Origin: Tubiluchus corallicola
Taxonomy: Eukaryota; Animalia; Priapulida
Assembly: GCA_030141605.1 (NCBI GenBank)
Contig: JAQGDQ010000850.1
Span: 1-64,000 of the forward strand
Length of the DNA: 64,000 nucleotides
Reading direction: 5' to 3'
Part shown: positions 12,743 to 24,740 of the stretch, one piece after another
Layout of the letters: every line of letters begins with the position of its first letter
Position numbering within the stretch: position 1 is the stretch's first letter
Translations under genes and position numbers: made by a program
Notes under the pieces: generated by a model
What the model was told of the DNA's origin: nothing
The model's input: only the letters and a program-made list of their open reading frames with translations
Databases searched by the model: none

Positions 12743-14504
12743 GTAAATCATGCTCTAGAAACTTTTGCTTTTTTTAGATATCAAATTATCAATATATTAA
12801 CGCAAAAATACATCAAAAAATTAATGTAATTTTTGAGTACTGCTGATCTTTCTTATGCTGTTATTGCACTTTGCTGTACTTTTGTATATAAAAAGGTTCT
12901 TTTGTAGACGTGGAAGATGTTCAGTAGTACACAAAAGTGCTTAATTTTCAACATTGTAATACCTTTAATATATAGACTCATGATGGCATTAATTAAAGTA
13001 GTGCTACTAATAGTGTTGTGGTTGATAATCATGGGAAACGAATCCAGGTGATTTGCAAACTTGAATGTGAAGTTGCAGAATGCGTAAAAAATGAAATTTG
13101 ATGTAGAAGACTTAAAATACGTGGTGACATACGGTTAAAGCATGAGAGTTGTCAGGTTTCTGTATGCACTTGTACATACACGCGTATTATACATATGTAT
13201 GTAGATTGAAAGAATGCGACAGGTAGATATAGTCTGTAATAATGACGGTCTATATTAGCTGGCGGTACTCCATTGCATAATGTTGAGATAAGTACAGAAA
13301 TAATTTGCATTCTTGTTATGCAGAGCTAAAACCAGGCATGTTAACCGAAGTGAAATTTTCGTTTCCGTTGGCCGATAATTGCACTTTCGCTAAGTTTCGT
13401 TTCGGTTTCGGCGAAATTTATTAAATTTCGTAGCGGAAATTTCGGATAATTTTCAGTAGCATTTTTTTGAGGTTTTTACTAGTATTCATCCAGTTTACCC
13501 TCTCTTTTCTCCTAGATGTCAAAAACTGCTGAAAATTTGGCTAAAATTGTTAAAAAAAGAAGCGAAATTTTCTTTGACATAACAGTTTGTAGAGTGTTTT
13601 TACCAGCAATGTGGCATATCTTCAGTATTTGGCTAAAATAGTTAAAAAAAAGCCAAATTTTCGTTGACATAGCAGTTTGTAAAGCGCTTTTACCAGCAAT
13701 GCGGCAATCCTTCAGTATTGACGACTATGAAGTTTTAGGATCTCCAGGCACAGTCAACCGAAATATCAAACCATGTTTGAATTTACTTGAGCAAAATCAC
13801 TTTTAATCTTATAATTTATGAACTATAGGCAACAAAATGTCTGCAAAATAAAATTTGTTTATTTTTAATGAAGCTTTGTGATCTTTGAATGTAAATTAAT
13901 AAAGATAGTTAAATCCAAAAACATTGTAAAACATTCATTTTTCTCCATCAAACACGAGGTTCTATACTGTAAAACGTCCTTGTTTTTTTTTTATCGGTAA
14001 TTTTGCATCACAGCAAATGGAAACAAAAACAAACGAAAAACAAAATATTTTACTTATTTTAGAATTTTCTTTTCTTCAGTTTTGATCCTAGTTGGTTTCG
14101 CAAAAAATGTTTCTGTTCGGTTTCGTTTCGCTATCAGTTTGTCGGGTTTGATAAATTTCGGTTTCTGAATTCAGTTTCGGGTTTTAAGAGAATTCAAATT
14201 AGGTTACGATAAATTTTCCTTTTCGAGTTCTCCTCATTAAATCATTCGATTTTAAAGGTGTTTCATGTCAGATCTTCCTGGATTATGAACTGTAGATGTC
14301 TGATTGGCTAATCCTAGTTTGAATTTACCCGGGAATACTTTGTGTTAATAAGCGTATAATATGCACAAAGCGTAATTGAAATATCGTATATTGCATGCTG
14401 CGGTTATATTGTGTATGCATTGTCTGAAATTTGTGGTATTGACATTTTGTACGTTTTGGATTCAAAGAAGCCATGTTACAAAAAGACAGTACATAAGTTT
14501 AAAA

Positions 14505-14985
14505 CAGGGGTGTGCAAATTGCGGCCGCCGGGACAATTTGTGCGGCCCGCGAAGAGATTTGTCAACCTAATGAACGTGCGGCCCGGGCGATTAATTGAGT
14601 GTATCCAGCTAAAGCCCGTGCCACGATCCCAATGATAGTGCGGGTAGTTTTTTCTACTAGATCTGATGCCATTAACCCTTACAAGACGGTTGTAGCTTAA
14701 TGTCACTGTACTACACAGACTGTGTGATACACATTACTAATATGCATTGTAATGAAATTACTACTATTTGTCCTGAAAGTAGAAATATATGGTTTGTAAT
14801 ATAAATTTTAATAACTTCTAAAATAGTTCTTTGAGTGTAGTGGTAATGATGTACGCAGGTCGGATGCAAAAAAATCGTTATTAGGCCTTTCTGTACTTGG
14901 CTCCTTGATCAAACTGCCTGTGGCCCGCAGGAATTGTGGGAAAGTTTAATGTGGCCTGGCTAGTCAGATAATTTGCACACCCCTG
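14505..14985 (+). mobile_element. hAT-type MITE
   Basis: TIR CAGGGGTGTGCAAATT / AATTTGCACACCCCTG. Confidence 0.88.
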
Positions 14986-15077
14986 ATTTAGACCATAGTC
15001 ATTATTAATCCAAAACGTTTTAATTTATGCTAAAGTATCGTCACCTTAGAACTGTTATTTGTTTTGCACTCGCGGAT

Positions 15078-15099
15078 AGGGGTGAGCATCGAATGTTGA

Positions 15100-15149
<50 letters not shown>

Positions 15150-15184
15150 GAGAGCTAGCGAGGGGGGTGAGCATCCAACGTTCA

Positions 15185-15268
<84 letters not shown>

Positions 15269-15308
15269 GAGCGAGAGAGAGAGAGACGAGGGGGTGAGCA
15301 TCGAACGT
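15078..15308. repeat. (GA)n tracts bracketed by three copies of GGGGTGAGCATCGAACGTT
   Basis: seen directly in sequence. Confidence 0.85.
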
Positions 15309-15621
15309 TCTAGTAGAGTGAACATTTGTCATTCAGGAGTTAACCTAGTCAATTCATTCCACCGTTTGTGATTGTTTAATGCCCTTTATTTGTAATTATT
15401 TATTTAAATCAATCAAGATTTTAATTAAAAACCTTTTATTGTTTGATCGTTAAAGTTAGTGCTAATTTAAATAGCGAATTGTGATAGAGACTGTGTAATT
15501 GAACTGGGAACATTGAAAATTTACACATTTTAGGTTTGACTCTGTGTATTTGTAATGAATTTTGTCATAGTATCATCTAGTCACGTTTTTGTTGATAGAT
15601 GATGCAACCATACCATATTAA

Positions 15622-16341
15622 CTCGTTCAGGACCGCACTATTCAAAATATGTCTTATAAGACCTATGACTTTTCTGCTACTGTATGAGTACAGACATAGC
15701 TAAATGATTATAAATTAGGTACTGTTCCATTCAGGAATTTCGGCTATGCAATCATGCTGTTTGTTTAAGCATTTATAAGTGATTTAATCGAATAAAGTTA
15801 AGAAAAACACGCCCTTTTCAGGCACTCCAACTAAGCCTATCGAGTTGTTTAGTCTGGTGTAATCGCGTGATCGTACACACTATTTTATTGATCGCCTGAT
15901 GGATGCAACTCAAGCTGTGCAGTGTTCTGGTGCTATTCCAGGAAAAAACAACTGAGCCAAGGAGAAATTAAGGTCGTTTCATCTTTTAACAGGAAATTCT
16001 CCTTAAAAATAGAGTAGACTTGAGGCCAAGGTGTATCGGAGTGTTGTGTCTGGATAGTTGAAATTTTCTGCATTAGCTGATTTCACACAAGTGATACTGT
16101 ACATTGTTGCAGTTTAAGCAATGCAGTTACTGAAAGATTTTTTTAATTTGTTCATCAAAAATCAATTTTTAATTTGCTTTAGGTAAGCAAATGCATTTCG
16201 TATATAAATGTGCATAAAAATCTATTGTGTGAGGAGTAGAAACCAACAAAAATTGTCAAATATAACCTAATTGCTGTTTAGTGAGAGCAGTTTTTCATGA
16301 ACCCCTGCAAAATGCAGCAAAAGCTTAGGGTCCTGAAGGAG
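15622..16341 (+). mobile_element. piggyBac-like MITE
   Basis: TTAA|CTCGTTCAGGACC...GGTCCTGAAGGAG|TTAA. Confidence 0.8.
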
Positions 16342-16439
16342 TTAATGTACAAACTGATCATATTTGTACAGGCAGATCTAATCGAAATGCATGCGTTGTA
16401 TATTGCTTCACACTTACAGCTAGATTTGTTCATTTTTAA

Positions 16440-17093
16440 AGGTCACATTTAGTGTAAAAACAAGAAGTTTTCTTTAATAAAAGGAGTTAATCGTAAATTA
16501 AAATTTGATACTAATTTTAATAAATTTCATGGCTTCCTTCCTAATGAAATCCAAGTTACATTTTCCTCTAACATTTTGTTCGGTTTTGCTCATGAAAATT
16601 TGGAAAATCTCGGGTTAAACAAATGTCCTAGCAACGGTTTCCTTGGATACCGCGTCGTTTCTGTGATGCTGAATTTGTAAACAATGCTACACAGTGTCAT
16701 GTGACATGTGGGTAACTAAAACTTACATTTTCCCCCAAAGTATTTTGTTCGATTTTGCTCATGAAACTTTTGAAAATCTCAGGCTAAACAAATGTCCTAG
16801 CAACGGTTTCCTTGGATACCACGTCATTTCTATGATGCTGAATTTGTACACAATCCCACACAGTGTCACGTGACGTGGTAACTAAACGCAAACTGCCGTA
16901 ACTAAGGACAGGCGTCATTTAAGAAGCAAAATGGGCGAAAATCAAATTCCAGATTTTTTCTTCGGAAATGACAGCTTCACATTAGATTTCCTCATATAAA
17001 CCACCAAGAAAAAGTTAAAAGTCTCAGACAACAGCATCTTCTTCCTGTTTTTGTGTAAACCTGGAACTTCATATAGTACGCTATATTTGACCT
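16440..17093. mobile_element. Kolobok-like MITE with internal duplication of about 170 bp
   Basis: TTAA|AGGTCA...TGACCT|TTAA. Confidence 0.65.
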
Positions 17094-17340
17094 TTAAATT
17101 ACGTTTTTTGGTTTATTTCGATTTTTTATCATGTCCAATTTTTCGTTTGTGATTTTTTAACATTCCAATAATTTCTTATATGATTTTACTGATTCTACGG
17201 ATGGTGTATTTTTTTAATAAGCGTTTTACAATAACGTGCTGTAGTGATTTGTAATGCTGCACATTAAAGTTGTTTAATTAGTAGCACTTGTCCTACTGTG
17301 ATTATAAGCGAATATGTACAATTACATTAATGTGTGTAGA

Positions 17341-17985
17341 TATGTGTGCTTGCAAACTAAAATCGTGCATAAGTCGGCATAGTTAAAACTACGTTATGAT
17401 GCTTCAAAGTAGAATGCATCAAAAATTTGGTCAAAAATTAATGTTAATTTTTGCTTTTTTATAAAAACAAATGCTAAATATATTGGACTTCTATATTCTA
17501 TTATCAAATTATCAAGAAAGTGTTCAAAAATACTTAATGTTTGATTTTATAACTCCTTACCCACTTTTCTGATTAGAAACTAGTACTGCTATTGTTAAAA
17601 AACTCCTATTTTTAAACTCCGATTGTAGACGCAAGCCCTGTTGACAAGCTCAGATCTTCGTCAGGAAGAGCCATCTACTGGATTTAAACATAACTTCAAT
17701 GTGTTCTTGCAAAGTCTGTAGCAACTAACATTTGTACGGTTACTAAGTGTTTTGTAGAAACGCAACAAAAAACAATGGCTAACTTTAACAGTGATTTTCT
17801 CAAGATTATGTTATTCAGTGCGCAGCCTGCACCTCAACTTCAACAATGATTATCTCAGCTTAGAAATAACATAGAGCGATGAACTTGGTATCAAAATGAT
17901 CCTCATGAAATGGAGATTCAGGATATGTGAATAACTAGAAAAGCTTAGACGACTTATTGACGATTTTTGCTATGCAATCACATAC
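17341..17985 (+). mobile_element. MITE-like element with imperfect TIRs
   Basis: TGTGTGCTTGCAAACTAAAATCGT...ACGATTTTTGCTATGCAATCACATA; several copies in window. Confidence 0.7.
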
Positions 17986-20190
17986 GTTAGTACTTAATAT
18001 ATTTATCGGTTTCCAAAGATAGTAAGTAAGGTACAAATTTGGTAAAAGTTAATTATGCTATTAATTTATAGATACACATAAAGTCTGCCTTAGTGCGTTA
18101 GTATTTTATCGTATTATATAAGAAACACTAATAGTACATGTATTTGTAGAAAAGAAATAGTTATTCTTACATTTAAAACTACGATATGAAGATGTATGTA
18201 TGCAATCACGAGACATCTAGAATACTTATTAAATATGTGAAACATTGAACTGTAATGAGGATGTGTTGTTTCCAGATCTTCTTGTAGTCATCAGTCAGTG
18301 TTGTACATAGGTAAGCAAATTACATACATGAATAAGTAATCTGAAATTGTAAGTTTCTCGAAAAAATATTATGTTTGTCATAACTAGAGCTTATAATTCA
18401 AATTAGTGATAAATAATATTGTACTTTTGCTGTCCTGATTACAAAATCTTTTTAAGCAGTTCGTTATAGTTGATCCGCAATGTTGGGAACTATGCATTTA
18501 AAAATTTTAAGAACAAATATAAATGCTAGCCTAGCAATACAGTAATTATGCTTAGCCATCAGTTTGGCTGCTTATACTGTAGACTTCTTCAAGTTAAGTG
18601 ACCTTCTTAATGCCAAAAAATACTCTTTGTGCCATATTTTGCTAGCACCATTGGCTGTGATTGACCTTTGACCTAGTCACGGAGATTATTTATATTTACA
18701 AAATCAAAATTATTGTGATTTCCTGTACGTGTGCACTTTGTGTTCAATAAAAATGCATGAAATTGCATACTGTGTTCGTTTTCTTGTTTATTCTGAGATG
18801 CATAGCTGAGTGGTCATGTGGTGTAGTTGACTAGCTGTGGTTAGTTTCGCTCTCAATACTGATCCAGTCCGTTTACCTAATTGAGCAAGAATGCATTCAT
18901 GGCCAAACGTGGTTAAGACAACTCAGTGAAGCCGCTGTGGGCAAAAGTTTGTATTATTTGACCTTGTGACCTTCACCTTTGACCTTTGAACTAAAAAGCA
19001 GTGGATTGTCAAGTCCTTCCTTTCCTATCCATAGCCAAATTTGGCGATTATAACGTCATCTTTTTTCATTTCATTGCATAGTTGACCTTGTGACCTTGAC
19101 TTTTGAACTTTTGAACCCAAAACAACAGATTTCCTGGCCTTGCACAAACCTATCGGTTTTTGATTTTATTGCACAGACAGACACACACACAAAGAGAGAG
19201 AGAGAGAGACCGTGAGAGATACGACTAAATAGTTGGAGCGGGCAATAAACAAACAAACAACAAAACTAGTGTTGATTTCGTTTCGCTTTTGTTGCTTCTC
19301 TCTTGTTTAAAATTTTCCCCTTAAATAAACCTTTGCAAATACTAGTACTACTATTTAAAACACTGTGCAATTACACCATGCATCATATACCGATTAAAAC
19401 AATTTAATAACATGCTTTTCAAGATTTAAAAAACCAGCTAATTTAATTTTCTTCCTTGTCAAAAGATGGCACCACAAGTTTTGGTTGCTTCACATAATAT
19501 AACATGAAACAAAGTTGATATTGTTACAGCCAATGTTGCAATACACCAAGGCTCTACATTCAATATTAAAATGTTAGCTTTTCAAAATGAGTAGAACAGT
19601 TTCAATAAAGTTATCGTTAAAGTTTTGACAGTTCTACCTTTTAACAAAAACAACAAACAATGATAAATCATTCAAAACAATAACAACAACAAAAATAACA
19701 ATTATTCTTAATAGGCAATAACAGAAAACAAACAAAATTACGAGAAGACGCGAGAAGCTGCCAACGGTAAAAAAATATAATTTTCTATCGTAAAAATCTA
19801 TAACATTATCCGTAACCTGCACGATTATATATATATTACCTAAATAATTAAATCACTAACTAAACCGTCACATTCTAGCGCCAACTATAGAAAGTCGTCT
19901 TATATAGTTACATAGGCCACATTAAATAAACTAATATAGACAATCTGTTACCCTTTCTATATGCCCTAAACACTACAGTCTGCTGTTTAAAATACTTAAT
20001 ACTCATTATAGAATTAGATGATTTAATGTTAGATTATGTTAAAGTGTAAATCTACAGTTAGAAATTAGAGATTGCAAACCTATTGTTGTTATAATAACTG
20101 ATAATCTAGATCTACTGAGATTATGCCTGCCATGTTGATCACTAAGAAAACGTTGGGTCACGTGACATGTCATGTGACGTACACGTGCGC

Positions 20191-20400
20191 CTATCGAGAC
20201 AAAGCGCACGCCATAAATGCAGCTAACAATGAGAAAATCACCGAGTATTGAACTTTATTGCCTTCTCCTCTGGTATCGAGGAAACTGGACAAGATGACGC
20301 GGTCGTTCCGAGCTTGGATGGGACGGTAGTTGTTTACTAATGGTTTGCCTTTGCTTCTGACGGTGGAGGAAGTCGAAAGGACGCTCCTAAACGCTTTAAG
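20191..20400 (-). CDS. alpha-carbonic anhydrase terminal exon with GPI-signal-like hydrophobic tail (CA IV-like)
   Basis: ttttgcag acceptor; LKAFRS...LVNNYRPIQARNDRVILSS (N-x-RP-x-Q motif), then VIFSLLAAFMACALSR-stop. Confidence 0.9.
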   Translation of the reverse strand, partial: LKAFRSVLSTSSTVRSKGKPLVNNYRPIQARNDRVILSSFLDTRGEGNKVQYSVIFSLLAAFMACALSR

Positions 20401-20601
20401 CTGCAAAATAGAAAAGTGATTGAATTAACTGTGGTTTCTAGGACACTCAGACTGTAGGATGCCAAAGTGTTGAACGTCAGCTTTTTTTTGACTAGGTATT
20501 TGATAGTCTTGTCTGTCAAGAAACTAGTTGTTTCTTGTAGTATCTTATTAATAACCGATGAACATGAGTTCCACGTGCAATGAAGAACTGCAGGGCGTTC
20601 A

Positions 20602-21135
20602 ATGTCAGGCCAGAACAGGGGTGGAGTACAAGGACCAGTTGGTCTGTCGATATGTGAAGTGCCTCCTAGCAAGAAAGAGAATTACAATACTGCTTTAGAT
20701 TCAAGTATGATAAGCAGGAAAGACAGAGGAGATAGCGATGCAAATTGTAAAGAGACGCACGTTGTGAAGTCGCCAACTCCATTAAAAATGGATATTCCAA
20801 ATCGTTGTTCTCTAGAAAACTGCAACTTTTTATCTTCAGTGAAGCAGTTACATGAAGGTAATGCGCTAAAGGACAAAGATAGTGACAGACTATTGCAAGC
20901 TGATGTTGCTGTGAATAAAGTGAGCGATAAAAAACTGCAAGATACACTTCACAACAGATTATCATCTGTAACATTGGCAAAATCTTTTGATCAGGCAACT
21001 GACAAGAAAAAAGTTGATTCAGACGAGAAAATTAGAGTAACAGAAAACCTAGAATCGCAAACAGTAAAAGATAGTCTTGGTAACTCAGCACCTTTAGTAA
21101 TTGATATGACGATACCTTTGATAAGATTTGATTAA
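20602..21135 (+). CDS. orphan 177-aa ORF antisense within the last CA intron (possible nested exon)
   Basis: 534-nt non-repetitive ORF in AT-rich DNA, rich in K/D/S; no recognisable domain and only a weak acceptor. Confidence 0.3.
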   Translation: MSGQNRGGVQGPVGLSICEVPPSKKENYNTALDSSMISRKDRGDSDANCKETHVVKSPTPLKMDIPNRCSLENCNFLSSVKQLHEGNALKDKDSDRLLQADVAVNKVSDKKLQDTLHNRLSSVTLAKSFDQATDKKKVDSDEKIRVTENLESQTVKDSLGNSAPLVIDMTIPLIRFD

Positions 21136-21837
21136 TTTTGAATTATAAGAATCTTCAACGATTGAAATATAAATAAGTAAATGCAGACAAATTGAACCTA
21201 CTTGCGTTTTAAATTGAAATTATTAATTACACGAGGCGCTTATCACAGTTTCATTGCTGAAACTTTCTAACATTTTCCTCAAATATTAGAATAAGTTCAA
21301 CTTCCCGAGAGACTTGACTTTTGCTTTAAATCCACCTCAGCACAACTACTGCAGTGACTCTAAAGTCTTGTTAATTTAAACCAAAATCCAACGTAAATCT
21401 GGGGCTACGTTCTGCCGTACAATGACATCGTCCATGAAATTATTAATGATAACGTTTGCTAAAATGCGCCGGCCAAGCATGACGCCTTGGGGGCAACTAT
21501 CACGTGATAATGCCGATTTTCAGGTATCCATTCGATGTACGTATCTTCTGCTTTAGAATTCCTTCACGTTCATTAACAAGATGCCGTAGGGTTCGCATTG
21601 ACTTCTGAATCTTAATTACGGAGTCATAAACAAAAAGAAGTAGAACGGGGAGTAGGTTAAAGCCAAAGGGGAAAATGTTTACAGCTCTTTCGGAAACAGC
21701 CTGTTAGAACTCGAAAAGTTACACGATTATCTTCCGTGAGTTTGATTAAACTTTTTATTTGCTATAAAATGCACGTGTGACAATAAAAAAATCAATAATC
21801 TTGTTGCGGAGATCGCTGGCGTCTGTTAGAATTGCAT

Positions 21838-21931
21838 AGAACATTGTAGAATGTTCCGTTGGAATGACCGCCTTGCCGTCTGGAATGTTCTGGAACATTA
21901 CTTCTGGAAGTTTCTTCAGCGCGCTATATAA
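21838..21931 (+). promoter_or_regulatory. cluster of heat-shock elements plus TATA box (LTR U3)
   Basis: alternating nGAAn pentamers: AGAACATTGTAGAATGTTCC, GGAATGTTCTGGAAC, CTTCTGGAAGTTTCT, then TATATAA. Confidence 0.7.
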
Positions 21932-22097
21932 GGCGAAGCAGGCCAGACCTCACACGGACATACACTTGTATACTTACATTTTCAGATATACTTAAACGTT
22001 TTCCAGATTTTCACGTTTACAGTAATTGTTTTTTTTTTAATTCCTTCATACTTTTGTGTTGTAGAATTCTCGCTAAATAAAGTAGTATTATTTGACG

Positions 22098-22217
22098 GTC
22101 TACGGCCATATCACGTTGAAAACACCGGTTCTCGTCTGATCACCGAAGTTAAGCAACGTAGAGCCTGGTTAGTACTCGGATGGGTGACCGCCTAGGAATA
22201 CCAGGTGCTGTAGGCTT
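22098..22217 (+). rRNA. 5S rRNA: 5S rRNA sequence (full length), forming the head of a retroposed element rather than a normal 5S gene
   Basis: GTCTACGGCCATATCACGTTGAAAACACCGG...GTTAAGC...GGATGGGTGACCGCC...GGTGCTGTAGGCTT; box A/IE/box C present; no T4 terminator follows. Confidence 0.9.
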
Positions 22218-22636
22218 GCGGGATGCCCACACTGTATCTCGACACTAGGCGGAGGAGCAGTCAACGGCTAGAGGGCGGAGGAGGTCAAGTGAACCAACGG
22301 CCATGTGTAGAGGAGTAAACCTTCCAAATCAGGAGTGGAGCCCCGAAGGTGGACCAGTGCAGGATGCTCACTGACTCCGGCAGCTCCTGCAGCCAACCTG
22401 GTGCCAAACGTATCACTCCGCTTTCCTTTGGACTACACCGGGGAGGAAGAGAGGGGGTTCCTGTTGTCTGGGCAACTCAGGATCTCCATACACCTTGCCC
22501 AGGCGTGCGCCCTGGAGACGTTCAAGGATCGGACTGCTCAGCCACAGTCGACGCTGCAGGTCCATCAATGTGATCAATAACTGACTCTCTTGGCGCGCAC
22601 TCCATTGTCTTCCGAGACAGAAGGATGCCAACAACA
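22098..22636 (+). mobile_element. 5S-derived SINE (SINE3-like) with RTE-derived tail
   Basis: 5S head; GC-rich body; SRIGLLSHSRRC (RTE ORF C-terminus) from 22522; CAACAACA tail; direct repeat ATTTGACG at 22090-22097 and 22637-22644. Confidence 0.85.
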
Positions 22637-23883
22637 ATTTGACGGCGTGTTTTCTGGTTTTCTCTACGAGCCTTCCGAGAGAAATAAAACACAACAAATA
22701 TGTTTTACACATGCTCTAGTTTTGGACATGAAAATGGAGCAAACTAATGAAGGGCAAATATTCATAGGAAATTAAAAATGCTAATGAATGTAAAGCCAAA
22801 GTGGAAAATCTTTTAAACTCTTTTGGGATCAGCCTGGTACATCTTGAACAGGCTACACGTTGAAAAACCTTGTGCCTGAACTGCGAAGCGTCAAATTTTA
22901 CACAAATTGGCCAGAATACAAGCAAATAACGAAAAACCTTTCAATTATGGTTTTCGAAACAAGCAAATCAAAAGGAGAATTAAAATTCGAAACAGCACTA
23001 TAAAATAAGCTAAATCCTTAAACAAGAGAAAGTTTAAAACTGTTTAATCCTGCTTTTTTAATTAACCGGACATGTTGGCCCTTGTACTTTGGGGAATCTT
23101 CCCAACAAAGTTGAGAAGTTTGTTGTCAGAGGCTCTTGATGGTTCCGATATTGTAGATGGTAGAACTTCCAAACCTTTCAAAACATTTTTGATGAGAACT
23201 TGTCAGCCATTAATGATGTGGTAAACTGACGTTTTATTCAAAATTGCAGCCGAAATTTCAGTTTCTCAATACGATTTTCATAATCCCAGGTCTTTTTCAG
23301 TCCTTGTGGTTCCTGATTTCTTTCCCTCCCCCCCCGCCCCACGCTCAATTTCGTCTAATAATTTTTTTAACTTTTTATTGTGCTGAGGTGGAAAATATTA
23401 AAATAAGTAATCAAGCTAATTTATTTTTATTACAGGCACATGGAAACATTTGTAGTTAAAAACAACACAACTTTATTAAAAACTTTTACATTAAAAAGTT
23501 AAAAGCTAAAATCATGCCAAACATTTCGACTAGCTGTTGCTGATGATGATGATGATGATGACAGCTAGTTTTTCATACTTACTTTTTCTCATAAATTTTT
23601 CTATATTACACTTTTTGGTGCTTTTTTTCTTTCCATACTCTCAGTTTTTTAACTTTACTCACTAACCTTGGTCAAATTCCCCAGTTAATAAGACCCCATT
23701 TGAAACTACTACATATAATATTCCTAATTACTGAATAATTTATTGTTTTGTTTAGATTTAGGTATCTAGCTTTATTATTTTTTGTTTTCAGTTCTCTTTG
23801 GATAAGTAGTATCATTTATACTTTTTTATTATCCTTTTTTTCTTATTTGCTTTTATTATCTGCAGCATCACCGCTAATTTTTC

Positions 23884-24740
23884 ATATACTAATCTATTTA
23901 TAAGAAAGGGCAGGAGACTAGATGACCCTATGGTCCTTCCCTGCCCTACTCCATGATTATAATTACTTAATATACTAATCTATTTATAAGAAAGGGCAGG
24001 AGACTAGATGACCCTATGGTCCTTCCCTGCCCTACTCCATGATTATAATTACTTAATATACTAATCTATTTATAAGAAAGGGTAGGAGACTAGATGACCC
24101 CATGGTCCTTCCCTGCCCTACTCCATGATTATAATTACTTAATATACTAATCTATTTATAAGAAAGGGTAGGAGACTAGATGACCCCATGGTCCTTCCCT
24201 GCCCTACTCCATGATTATAATTACTTAATATACTAATCTATTTATAAGAAAGGGCAGGAGACTAGATGACCCTATGGTCCTTCCCTGCCCTACTCCATGA
24301 TTATAATTACTTAATATACTAATCTATTTATAAGAAAGGGCAGGAGACTAGATGACCCTATGGTCCTTCCCTGCCCTACTCCATGATTATAATTACTTAA
24401 TATACTAATCTATTTATAAGAAAGGGCAGGAGACTAGATGACCCTATGGTCCTTCCCTGCCCTACTCCATGATTATAATTACTTAATATACTAATCTATT
24501 TATAAGAAAGGGCAGGAGACTAGATGACCCTATGGTCCTTCCCTGCCCTACTCCATGATTATAATTACTTAATATACTAATCTATTTATAAGAAAGGGCA
24601 GGAGACTAGATGACCCTATGGTCCTTCCCTGCCCTACTCCATGATTATAATTACTTAATATACTAATCTATTTATAAGAAAGGGCAGGAGACTAGATGAC
24701 CCTATGGTCCTTCCCTGCCCTGCTCCATGATTATAATTAC
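23884..24740 (+). repeat. 86-bp tandem array (10 copies) with an internal stem-loop
   Basis: unit contains AGGGCAGG-AGACTAGATGACCCTATGGTCCTTC-CCTGCCCT. Confidence 0.95.

Larger units (their letters stand above)
21802..22696 (+). mobile_element. solo LTR (about 350 bp) interrupted by the 5S-SINE
   Basis: TGTTG...CAACA termini; 5-bp flanks AATCT/AATAT; TATATAA 21925; AATAAA 22076. Confidence 0.72.

Noticed and set aside
12341-12829. 162-aa Pro/Gly-rich ORF
   Set aside because: Produced by the 30-bp minisatellite; the frame shifts with 29-bp units and there is no good splice context.
22098-22217. Functional 5S rRNA gene
   Set aside because: Single copy, no oligo-T terminator, and enclosed in a TSD-flanked retroposon.
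21802-22636. 5S-containing LTR of a Cassandra-like TRIM (TGTTG start, CAACA at 22636)
   Set aside because: The 8-bp TSD ATTTGACG brackets the 5S-to-tail segment, the tail is RTE-derived, and the LTR resumes to CAACA at 22696 with a 5-bp flank match. It is a SINE inserted in an LTR.
22335-22712. ORFs in the SINE body and their mirrors at 38317-38881
   Set aside because: Open frames in a GC-rich repeat; only the short RTE C-terminal remnant is meaningful.
22930-23570. Penelope GIY-YIG remnant and partial hammerhead (CTGATGA...GACAGCTAGT)
   Set aside because: Too degraded: stop codons are present and GAAA is missing in the right orientation.
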